A stretch of DNA of 64,000 nt from a virus (taxonomy: Duplodnaviria > Caudoviricetes). Made by a program: the position numbers and the translations under genes. Positions within the stretch are counted from its first letter, which is position 1. The number at the start of each line of letters is the position of its first letter. The DNA lies in the IMG/VR virus record IMGVR_UViG_3300031760_000002, positions 96,001-160,000 of that record, one strand, 5' to 3'. Positions 55,977 to 63,125 of the stretch are shown in pieces. The notes under the pieces are model-generated. The model saw only the letters and a list, made by a program, of their open reading frames with translations. It did not search any database and was not told the DNA's origin.

Positions 55977-56335
55977 CTGCCGCCTCCGATGCGGAAACCC
56001 CTGTGGTGCGCGGCGTCCGGATCGCTGCCGGGCGAAACGGAGAACCTTTCGTCGGTGCCCTTCGGCATCTCCGACAAGGCCTCCTTCAGGGCCATGTTGT
56101 AGGCATGGCGCCGCTCCGGCCAGGTGTTCATGTCGTCCTGTATCATGTTGTACATTTTGGTCATGCTGGTTGTTACGTCGCCGTGCGCCGTCTTCACGAA
56201 CGCCCTCGTCGGGCTGAGGAGGACGACCTCCTTGACCTCGCCGTGCATCTTCGCCCGGCGGGCCCTGCAGCATTGGGTCCAGGCCCATTTCGCGACCCGT
56301 ATTGAAGGGTCGGCCTTCGAGAATCTGAAAGACAT
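55973..56335 (-). CDS. hypothetical protein
   Basis: start reassigned to MSFRFSK. Confidence 0.55.
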   Translation of the reverse strand: MSFRFSKADPSIRVAKWAWTQCCRARRAKMHGEVKEVVLLSPTRAFVKTAHGDVTTSMTKMYNMIQDDMNTWPERRHAYNMALKEALSEMPKGTDERFSVSPGSDPDAAHHRGFRIGGGR

Positions 56336-56423
56336 TTTTTGTCCTTTTTTTGTCGGTGCGGAGAGTATGAGGACAGGCCCCGGCCGCACCGGCCGGGACC
56401 AATCCGTTTTTTTTATGTATCGC

Positions 56424-56708
56424 CTACCCCAGATCGACCCGTTTCCTTTTTTCGTCCCACGAGCACGCCAGGCTTCCGAGGAACCTGTCGCGCTCGGCAG
56501 GGCTAAAAAGGATCGAGTAGGCTTCTGAGAAGGCGGCCAGCCGGATCCCGTCGTCACGAAGACGTTTGAGCGTCATCCGGTACAACGGGTCCGACTTGGC
56601 ATGCTGCGGAAGCCGGCTCTTGACCGACTGCAGCATCTTGAGGAGGCCCCTGGCCTCGTCAACGGTCTCGGAGAACCTCTCCTCGAATTCCGGCCTGTGC
56701 TCGTTCAT
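56424..56708 (-). CDS. hypothetical protein
   Basis: start MNEHRPE. Confidence 0.5.
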   Translation of the reverse strand: MNEHRPEFEERFSETVDEARGLLKMLQSVKSRLPQHAKSDPLYRMTLKRLRDDGIRLAAFSEAYSILFSPAERDRFLGSLACSWDEKRKRVDLG

Positions 56709-56749
56709 GCGGGCGCATGATAGCACAGGACGGAATCCGATTCAAGGCC

Positions 56750-57565
56750 TTAAAACCGGACGCAGCTCATCATGGGTGCCGTGTTCCGCGGTTTCGGAAC
56801 GTACAGCTTGACCCAGGATGATAGACATCCGACCCTCCATGCCTTCCCGTCCTCCACCTCTTCCGAGTCGAGGATGCCGGAGGTGATCTCCGGCATGATC
56901 GACAGGAATGGCGTGGACGAGTAGGGCCACTCCTTCAGCGAGGGTATCTCGCTGACGGGGCGCAACCCGTACCCAAGGGCCTGTGCGGCTCCCTGGGCGG
57001 CGGCCGGTACGGACGGCGAGGGCTCGATGCCGGGTCCGCCGGCAACGACCATGGGGAATTCGAACTCCCCTGCACCGGAGTCGTTGAAGACCCCGATGGC
57101 CTCGTTGGCCAGGGGATCCCTGAGATCCCCAAGCATACCGTCGAATTCCGCCGACGGTATGTCAATCTTGCTGAGGGTCAGCGGCCCCTCGGCACAGAAC
57201 GGGCACGTCAGGTGGCTTGTCCCCTTGAAGGGGAACAGGTCCTGACGTCCGCAGGACTTGCAGGTGTAGTGATACACGTTGCAAGTCCCCATCCCGCAGC
57301 CACGGCTGTGGAAGTCCGGGAACCGTTTACGGTCCCAGAACTGCGGAGCCTCATAGCGCATGAAGCTCCACAGCACTTTCTTGCCGTCCAGGGTGTACGC
57401 AAGGTACCCCAGGATCGGCCAGACCGGGGGTTGGTCTGGCGAGACCTTCTTCAGGTACTCGTCAGAGCTGTCGAAATCCCGGCGAACGAGCTCCGACGCC
57501 GGGATCCCATGTTGTCCGTCTTTTTCTGGGCAGTGACGGAAAGCTGCCGCTATCCCAATTCTCAT
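56750..57565 (-). CDS. zinc-ribbon-containing hypothetical protein
   Basis: CKSCG...CPFC; start probably at MRIGIAA (the upstream extension runs through the palindromic region). Confidence 0.55.
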   Translation of the reverse strand: MRIGIAAAFRHCPEKDGQHGIPASELVRRDFDSSDEYLKKVSPDQPPVWPILGYLAYTLDGKKVLWSFMRYEAPQFWDRKRFPDFHSRGCGMGTCNVYHYTCKSCGRQDLFPFKGTSHLTCPFCAEGPLTLSKIDIPSAEFDGMLGDLRDPLANEAIGVFNDSGAGEFEFPMVVAGGPGIEPSPSVPAAAQGAAQALGYGLRPVSEIPSLKEWPYSSTPFLSIMPEITSGILDSEEVEDGKAWRVGCLSSWVKLYVPKPRNTAPMMSCVRF

Positions 57566-57680
57566 TTTTTTGAATTGATTGCGTAGGGCTGCGCCTTGCC
57601 GAAACGCTCGGCAATGTAAAGCGGATACCCTCCACATTGTTATAACTCGAATAAGACCCGTTTTCACAACCTCACTTCGA

Positions 57681-57936
57681 AGTGTACACTTCGTGTACAC
57701 GTAGAAGTGGCCGGTTTCGATTAGTGGTGGTCTCACGCGCGCGGGACAGGTTTCACCAGGTTCGGATCCTAGCGGATCCGAACCTGGCTCACCTGTCGGA
57801 ACCTTTCCAAAAATTGCAAGAGACCCCTGAACGAGGTATACGAAGTATACCGAGTGAAGGGGGATCTTGCTACGTGCGCGCGAGGCTCGCCACCTATCAA
57901 AACCGGCCACCTTTACGTGTACACGAAGTGTACACT
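57681..57936. repeat. ~62-bp imperfect inverted repeat enclosing further hairpins
   Basis: arms 57681-57742 and 57875-57936; inner perfect 14-bp hairpin 57756-57787. Confidence 0.9.
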
Positions 57937-58027
57937 ACAAGGTGCAATCGGAAAGGGTCCGAAGGACCGCCACGTGGATCTATGTTCCGCGGCTATGACG
58001 ATTCCAATGGACATGCAGACGCATATG

Positions 58028-58160
58028 GCCCGTAGAAGGCCCGTAGAGGCCCGTGGAGCGCGTTCTACCCCTAGACCCGGTAAAGTGTACCTTTTTCGAA
58101 AGAAATCGATTCTAGGGGCCTTGTAGCCGATTCTAGGGGCTGTTGATAACTTGTAGATAA
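58028..58160. repeat. short direct repeats and two DnaA-box-like 9-mers
   Basis: ggcccgtRga x3, cgattctaggggc x2, TTATCAACA and TTATCTACA on the minus strand (58141-58160). Confidence 0.6.
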
Positions 58161-58162
58161 CT

Positions 58163-58600
58163 TCAATTGTCGATCAGGAGCAGCTGGGCAAGGTCCATCT
58201 TGTCTCCGGATCTGGCCTGCCAGGTGACGCCCAGCTTGTAGGACTCCAATATGCATCTGGCGACAGCCCTGGCCCCCTCCCTGGTAAGCCGTTGCAGGAG
58301 CCTCGACGCCAGCCCTAGGCCGGATTCTATCCCGGCCCTGACCTTCTTCCTTCCGTCCACCGTCTCGTAGAACCCGAAGCAGTCTTCGTCTACCACGAAC
58401 TTCCTTACGGCCTGCAGGTCTGCATAGAGACCTGCGTTCGCCTTCCAGTCGTCCTGCGTCCATCCGTCCGATTCGGACATGAGCCTGTCGAGCTCGACGC
58501 CGAATTCGGAGAGAAGCCTTTCGGCCCCCATCTGGAGCCTCTCCCTGACCTTGGTCCTGTTGACCGGCCTTATGAACGAAAACTCCTTGTTGCCCTTCAT
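58163..58600 (-). CDS. hypothetical protein
   Basis: start reassigned to MKGNKEF. Confidence 0.6.
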   Translation of the reverse strand: MKGNKEFSFIRPVNRTKVRERLQMGAERLLSEFGVELDRLMSESDGWTQDDWKANAGLYADLQAVRKFVVDEDCFGFYETVDGRKKVRAGIESGLGLASRLLQRLTREGARAVARCILESYKLGVTWQARSGDKMDLAQLLLIDN

Positions 58601-58818
58601 GCCAGACTCGACAGTGCTATGAGCGCCATGCCGGCCAGCCCGAGGGACGATACCAGCTTCACCATGGTCAGGAACATCTCCTTCCTGGCCTGCACGAAAT
58701 CGATCTCCCACCTGTAGTCGAACTGCGTGGTCGACGATCTCTTCCATACGTACGCCAGGAACGACGTAACGGCACCTACGCACGACAGGATGCCAAGAAG
58801 CGAAAGGGCCTCCTTCAT
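58597..58818 (-). CDS. small two-TM membrane protein
   Basis: start reassigned to MKEALSL. Confidence 0.55.
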   Translation of the reverse strand: MKEALSLLGILSCVGAVTSFLAYVWKRSSTTQFDYRWEIDFVQARKEMFLTMVKLVSSLGLAGMALIALSSLA

Positions 58819-59651
58819 TTCAAGGCCTCCCCGAGCGCCTTGATCGTGTCGCCGTCGTAGTCGGCCACCTTGAACGCGTAGTACGCGCACACGGGGCAGC
58901 CCTTGGCCTTGATGCGCTTCGCCCAATCCCTGACCTTGTTGGGGTCGCCGTGGTTCTCGAGTCCGCCGCCGATGTTGAGCTCGCGGATGATGAGACCGTG
59001 GTCGGACACGACGAACGCGTCCTTGGGGTTTGTGGCCGCGATCTTGGACGGGTGGACCGCGTAGTATCCCATGCCCGCGATCGGCTTCGTCGGATGTCCG
59101 CCGCTGCCGTTGTAGACGAGCTTGAACCCCTTTCCGACGAGCTTCTGGATGCAGTACTGCTCGAACTTCTTTCCAGCCGCCGTCTGCGTCTCCGCGACCG
59201 GCTGGACGAACACTCCGTCCTTTCCGCCGGCCATGACGACGTCCACGAGCTTCTGTGCGCAGGAATACGCCTTCTCCAGCGTCGGGCCGGTATCGCCGTA
59301 CTTGCCCTTGCCCATGTTGTCGTTCACGATGGAAACAAACAGCCACAGCTTTCTGGCGCGGCACTCGGACAGGAGCCAGCCGTACCACTCCTTCACCTCG
59401 TCGACCCACTTCGAGGTCCACTGCTTGTTCTTGTAGCTGCCCCAGCCGGACATCTCGATGAGATACCCGGAGCAACCCCTCTTGACGATCTGGTCGAGCT
59501 CCTTCTTGAGCACGTCCTTCGAGACTGCCCAGCGGTTAACCCTGCCGTACCATCCCTGCGTCTTGCCGATCTTCACCTCGGCATACCTGTCCCTGGCCCT
59601 CTTGAGGCCCAGAAGCGCCAGGACCATGTCCCAGAGTTCCTTGATCTTCAT
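58815..59651 (-). CDS. hypothetical alpha/beta protein, possibly TIM-barrel glycoside hydrolase-like
   Basis: alternating strand/helix pattern, AAGGAG RBS; family not recognised. Confidence 0.45.
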   Translation of the reverse strand: MKIKELWDMVLALLGLKRARDRYAEVKIGKTQGWYGRVNRWAVSKDVLKKELDQIVKRGCSGYLIEMSGWGSYKNKQWTSKWVDEVKEWYGWLLSECRARKLWLFVSIVNDNMGKGKYGDTGPTLEKAYSCAQKLVDVVMAGGKDGVFVQPVAETQTAAGKKFEQYCIQKLVGKGFKLVYNGSGGHPTKPIAGMGYYAVHPSKIAATNPKDAFVVSDHGLIIRELNIGGGLENHGDPNKVRDWAKRIKAKGCPVCAYYAFKVADYDGDTIKALGEALK

Positions 59652-59988
59652 CGTTGCTTTCGCTCCTTTCCAGGTTGAGCCTGCGTATCGCGCGCAGGCA
59701 TATCGCCATTACCCTCTCCATACTAAGTTCAGCCGCGCCTAGATCTCCTTCCGCGTACGCCAGGTACGCCCTGGCCAGCTCGATTCCGACGACGTCCTCC
59801 ACTGAATCGATGCCGGCTACCTTGAACTCGTCGTACAGGCGCTCCCTGGCCGAGACCAGCTTTTTCGCGTTATCGGCCGGCCAGTTCGTGAACTTGGACA
59901 CGAACACCGGGTCGTCCGTGCACATCGCGGCGTATTCCTCCACGACCGCGGACATCACGCCGTCAGGTATCTCGCTGTTCAGGTCCAT
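59536..59988 (-). CDS. hypothetical protein
   Basis: start MDLNSEI, just after the last tRNA; 3' end overlaps the next gene. Confidence 0.5.
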   Translation of the reverse strand: MDLNSEIPDGVMSAVVEEYAAMCTDDPVFVSKFTNWPADNAKKLVSARERLYDEFKVAGIDSVEDVVGIELARAYLAYAEGDLGAAELSMERVMAICLRAIRRLNLERSESNDEDQGTLGHGPGASGPQEGQGQVCRGEDRQDAGMVRQG

Positions 59989-59994
59989 CTTGGT

Positions 59995-60078
59995 TGGTGG
60001 GGGCGGGGAGGGTCGAACTCCCACGCCTTTCGGCACGGGATCCTAAGTCCCGCGTGGCTGCCATTACACCACACCCCC
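59995..60078 (-). tRNA. tRNA-Leu(TAG)
   Basis: cloverleaf, long variable arm, CCA. Confidence 0.9.
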
Positions 60079-60115
60079 GCGTCCAAGTCAACAACTTTGT
60101 GCAAGTCCAAGAATC

Positions 60116-60730
60116 CTACTTACGCCTGCGGCGGCAAAGCCACAGTATAACAGCCCCTACCAGGGCCAGGCACGCCACGTTCGGCTCCGGTATCGCGCCG
60201 TAGAACACGGAAGGCCTCCACGGCGTCTCCGTCGGAGGAAGCAGCGTTCCGGACTCGTACGTGTGCGGCGACCACAGGTCCCCTAGCGAGGCCGAGGCGT
60301 ACGCCACTGGTACGAACGACCAGCCGGCGTCCTCGTCCCAGTACCCGATGTCGAAGTACACCGTCGAACCCTGGTCCGCGATGTCCAGCCGTATCGGCTG
60401 CCAGTCCGCCAGCTGTCCGGTCGGTTCGTCGTTGCCGTCTAGCACCAGGAGCCCGAACTCCGTTATGTCGTCGTCGAAGGACACGGCGGGCGGCTGCATG
60501 CCGATCGGGTACTCGTACCCTGCCGGCATGGCTCGGTCGCCTATCCGTATCCTACCTCCTATGTCCACGGGGCTGCAGGGGAGCGTCGAGAACCAGTCCG
60601 CGACGTGTATCCGGTTCCCTCCTATATCCACCACGGCGTTCCCGTCCATGCCCGCCCACAGTATCCTGGCGGGCAGCGCTACCATCGGCAGAAACGAGAT
60701 GGCCGTTGAAATGATCGTTTTCAGTTTCAT
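60116..60730 (-). CDS. PEP-CTERM sorting-signal protein with N-terminal signal peptide
   Basis: MKLKTIISTAISFLPMVALPA...; C-terminus IPEP-hydrophobic helix-RRRRK. Confidence 0.85.
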   Translation of the reverse strand: MKLKTIISTAISFLPMVALPARILWAGMDGNAVVDIGGNRIHVADWFSTLPCSPVDIGGRIRIGDRAMPAGYEYPIGMQPPAVSFDDDITEFGLLVLDGNDEPTGQLADWQPIRLDIADQGSTVYFDIGYWDEDAGWSFVPVAYASASLGDLWSPHTYESGTLLPPTETPWRPSVFYGAIPEPNVACLALVGAVILWLCRRRRK

Positions 60731-60766
60731 GCGCGAAAATATACCATTTTCGTGCATTTAAGTAAA

Positions 60767-60850
60767 TGGTGCCATGGGCGGGACTCGAACCCGCACGGGA
60801 ATCCCGGCGGATTTTGAGTCCGCTGCGTCTGCCTTTCCGCCACCTATGGC
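60767..60850 (-). tRNA. tRNA-Leu(CAA)
   Basis: cloverleaf, long variable arm, CCA. Confidence 0.9.
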
Positions 60851-60851
60851 A

Positions 60852-60928
60852 TGGTGCACCTGGCGGGGCTCGAACCCGCGCTGAGGGGATTTTAAGTCCC
60901 CTGGCTCTGCCGATTGGCCTACAGGGGC
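60852..60928 (-). tRNA. tRNA-Leu(TAA), short variable arm
   Basis: loop CTTAAAA, 5-nt variable region, CCA. Confidence 0.8.
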
Positions 60929-60931
60929 AAA

Positions 60932-61009
60932 TGGTGGACCGGGTGGGGCTTGAACCCACAGTCTCAATCTTATAAGGATTTTGCTCGAACCAATCGCAGC
61001 TGCCGGTCC
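60932..61009 (-). tRNA. tRNA-Ile(TAT)
   Basis: loop CTTATAA, CCA. Confidence 0.8.
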
Positions 61010-61074
61010 GTTGTGCGATTGAGTATCCTGATGCAGGTCGGATTAGCGACCCGGATTGAGACTTACCAAAATCA

Positions 61075-61150
61075 TGGTGCGCCCAGCAGGACTCGAACCT
61101 GCAGCCGAGGGATTAGAAATCCCTTGCACAATCCATTATGCTATGGGCGC
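61075..61150 (-). tRNA. tRNA-Arg(TCT)
   Basis: loop TTTCTAA, CCA. Confidence 0.9.
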
Positions 61151-61154
61151 AGGT

Positions 61155-61229
61155 TGGAGCCAGCGGCAGGAGTCGAACCTGTAGCCTGCTGATTACAAAT
61201 CAGCCGCACTGCCATTGTGCTACACTGGC
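61155..61229 (-). tRNA. tRNA-Thr(TGT)
   Basis: loop TTTGTAA, CCA. Confidence 0.9.
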
Positions 61230-61230
61230 A

Positions 61231-61306
61231 TGGTCGGAGTGGGGCGACTCGAACGCCCGACGGCTTGCTCCCAAAGCAAGTGCGCTACCAACTGCGCTAC
61301 ACTCCG
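61231..61306 (-). tRNA. tRNA-Pro(TGG)
   Basis: loop TTTGGGA, CCA. Confidence 0.92.
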
Positions 61307-61309
61307 AAA

Positions 61310-61386
61310 TGGCGTCGCTGAGAGGATTCGAACCTCCGACCCGCAGTTTAGGAAACTGCTGCTCTATCCTGCTGAGCTACAACGAC
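61310..61386 (-). tRNA. tRNA-Arg(CCT)
   Basis: loop TTCCTAA, CCA. Confidence 0.92.
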
Positions 61387-61391
61387 TTAAA

Positions 61392-61467
61392 TGGTGGATG
61401 CGGAAGGATTCGAACTTTCACTTGATGGCTTCTGGGACCATTGCCTCTGCCGTTGGGCTACGCATCC
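61392..61467 (-). tRNA. tRNA-Leu(CAG), short variable arm, C33
   Basis: loop CCCAGAA, CCA. Confidence 0.7.
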
Positions 61468-61469
61468 GT

Positions 61470-61555
61470 TGGCGGAAGGAGCAGGACTCGAACCTGCATG
61501 TCCTTTCGGACGACGTCTTAGCAAGGCGTTCCTTTGACCGTTCAGGCATCCTTCC
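61470..61555 (-). tRNA. tRNA-Ser(GCT)
   Basis: loop TTGCTAA, long arm, G73, CCA. Confidence 0.88.
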
Positions 61556-61645
61556 TGGCGGAGAGTGCAGGTTCCGACCCTGCGATCCGGCGTTACCGGA
61601 AACCGGTTTTCAGGACCGGCGCTTTTGCCATTCAGCCAACTCTCC
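61556..61645 (-). tRNA. tRNA-Ser(TGA), C33, atypical T-loop
   Basis: loop CCTGAAA, long arm, T-loop GTCGGAA, CCA. Confidence 0.75.
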
Positions 61646-61731
61646 TGGCGGAGGGGGCAGGATTCGAACCTGCGGGACTTGCGCCCTCCGGTTTTCGGGA
61701 CCGGTGCCTTAAGCCTCTCGGCTACCCCTCC
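61646..61731 (-). tRNA. tRNA-Ser(CGA), C33
   Basis: loop CCCGAAA, long arm, CCA. Confidence 0.85.
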
Positions 61732-61745
61732 CAAACGGAAAACCG

Positions 61746-61810
61746 ATCCGGCCAGCGACTCGAACGCTAGACCCTCTGTACGGGCCGACAACCACGACGC
61801 AGGACCGGCT
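61746..61810 (-). pseudogene. degenerate tRNA-like remnant
   Basis: intact T-arm TAGCG-TTCGAGT-CGCTG, partial acceptor stem, no proper D-arm or CCA. Confidence 0.35.
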
Positions 61811-61814
61811 GAAA

Positions 61815-61888
61815 TGGAGCGACGTACCGGGGTCGAACCGGTCTAACCAGCTTGGAAGGCTGGGACCCAGCCGCTAGGCCAACGTCGC
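61815..61888 (-). tRNA. tRNA-Gly(TCC)
   Basis: loop CTTCCAA, U73, CCA. Confidence 0.9.
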
Positions 61889-61892
61889 AAAA

Positions 61893-62022
61893 TGGCTTGC
61901 CCACCGGGACTTCCACCCGGACCTCCGGTCCCCGGTATTCTGTTCACCGGGCCTCTGCTAGCATTGACCCGGCATAGCCCCTTACCCCTCGCGATGGGCG
62001 TTTGGGCTTATACTATGGGCAA
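61893..62022 (-). ncRNA. 130-nt tRNA-like RNA with two hairpins inserted in the D-loop and a vestigial anticodon arm
   Basis: acceptor TTGCCCA/TGGGCAA-G-CCA, T-arm CCGGG-TGGAAGT-CCCGG, D-stem GTAT/ATAC. Confidence 0.6.
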
Positions 62023-62026
62023 GATG

Positions 62027-62099
62027 TGGAGCCAGTGAGACTCGAACTCACGACATTCGGCTTGCAAAGCCGACTCTCTACCGACTGAGCTATGGCCCC
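62027..62099 (-). tRNA. tRNA-Ala(TGC), CCA not encoded
   Basis: loop TTTGCAA, G3:U70. Confidence 0.9.
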
Positions 62100-62215
62100 A
62101 TGAAGGGATGCCAGTCGATCCGGGAATCGCGATCCGCCGGTGCCTGCCGTAGCGCCTCGTTCGAGGATGCGGTGCTGCTCGTAAACGCGTCGGTCCGTAC
62201 GGGACTGGCAGTAAA

Positions 62216-62302
62216 TGGTCGTGGGGGCTGGACTCGCACCAGCGCTGTTTCGAGTGTCACAGATTTACAGTCTGCTGCCTTCGCTGCTCGGCACACCCCA
62301 CG
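62216..62302 (-). tRNA. tRNA-Tyr(GTA) with C1:G72
   Basis: loop CTGTAAA, long arm, CCA. Confidence 0.82.
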
Positions 62303-62307
62303 TAAAA

Positions 62308-62434
62308 ACCGGCGCTCGTGCCCCCGAGCTGCATGCTTTCGCACGGAAGGATTCGAACCTCCGCCTCCGGTGTGCCGCGCTCTGCCAATTGAGCTACCGC
62401 TTTCGCGGGCTGGATTCGAACCAGCATACCCGGC
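62308..62434 (-). ncRNA. two tandem circularly permuted tRNA-like modules (YrlA-like topology)
   Basis: each module: T-arm (TTCGAAT loop), acceptor-like stem capped by GAAA, D-arm GCTC/GAGC. Confidence 0.7.
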
Positions 62435-62441
62435 TTCAAAA

Positions 62442-62515
62442 TGGCACGAAGAGCCAGAATCGAACTAGCATCGGCGGATTTGGAGTCCGCGGTCCTACCA
62501 TTGAACGATCTTCGT
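62442..62515 (-). tRNA. tRNA-Trp(CCA)
   Basis: loop CTCCAAA, A1:U72, G73, CCA. Confidence 0.9.
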
Positions 62516-62516
62516 G

Positions 62517-62596
62517 TGGATACGGAGGCTGGACTCGAACCAGCGACGCGGGGCAAAGCTGTAGGGCCCCCGCACTACCATCTGTGCTACTCCGAA
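62517..62596 (-). tRNA. tRNA with 11-nt anticodon loop (identity undetermined)
   Basis: normal D and T arms, GGGGC-CCTACAGCTTT-GCCCC, CCA. Confidence 0.6.
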
Positions 62597-62598
62597 AA

Positions 62599-62683
62599 TG
62601 GCTCCAGAGACAGGACTCGAACCTGTAGTTGCTTTCGCCACGGATTAACAATCCGCTGCCCTACCAATTAGGCTGACTCTGGA
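62599..62683 (-). tRNA. tRNA-Asn(GTT) with long variable arm
   Basis: loop TTGTTAA, G73, CCA, variable region GGCGAAAGCAACT. Confidence 0.82.
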
Positions 62684-62743
62684 AAACGGAGGGCGCTTTT
62701 CGCACGCCCTCGGAAACCGATCCTGCGCATGGCAGGCCGGAAA

Positions 62744-62820
62744 TGGCGGACCCTGTGGGGATCGAACCCACTACCTCCGAATCGACAGTCCGGCGTTCTA
62801 GCCAACTGAACTAAGGGTCC
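62744..62820 (-). tRNA. tRNA-Asp(GTC)
   Basis: loop CTGTCGA, G73, CCA. Confidence 0.9.
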
Positions 62821-62826
62821 TAAAAA

Positions 62827-63006
62827 TGGCTATCTTGCTGGTAACTACGGGAGGTTCTTCTCCTTTCGTCCCTTCGTGCCTTTCGGCGACGCCGCTGAAG
62901 AACGGTAGCCAGCCGAGGTTGCCCACCGAATTTCACAGGCAGTGCACTACCCCGGAGCCCCACTGCCAGGTTGCTCCGGTGCGTTTCATGCTACTTTACG
63001 GCAGCC
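62827..63006 (-). ncRNA. candidate structured RNA with pseudoknot
   Basis: CCGGAGC/GCTCCGG crossed with GGCAGTG/CACTGCC; GTTCTTC/GAAGAAC stem; GAAA tetraloop. Confidence 0.4.
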
Positions 63007-63020
63007 TTATCGGACTTATT

Positions 63021-63125
63021 TGGTCGTGCCCTCCCGGTCGTACTCCCCGCTCCCGAGAACGTGTGCCGGATTCGAACCGGCCAGGTGGTACGATTTGTTC
63101 GGTAAGGTAATCCGGTGAGGGCATG
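63021..63125 (-). ncRNA. candidate T-arm-containing RNA ending in ACCA
   Basis: terminal stem TGCCCTC-A-CCGG/CCGG-GAGGGCA, internal GCCGG-TTCGAAT-CCGGC. Confidence 0.5.

Noticed and set aside
75-59678. Long plus-strand ORFs (e.g. 7640..10021, 22838..24391, 43515..45026, 46080..47849)
   Set aside because: These are antisense shadows of GC3-rich minus-strand genes. They have no recognisable motifs, and the minus-strand genes tile with coupled starts and stops.
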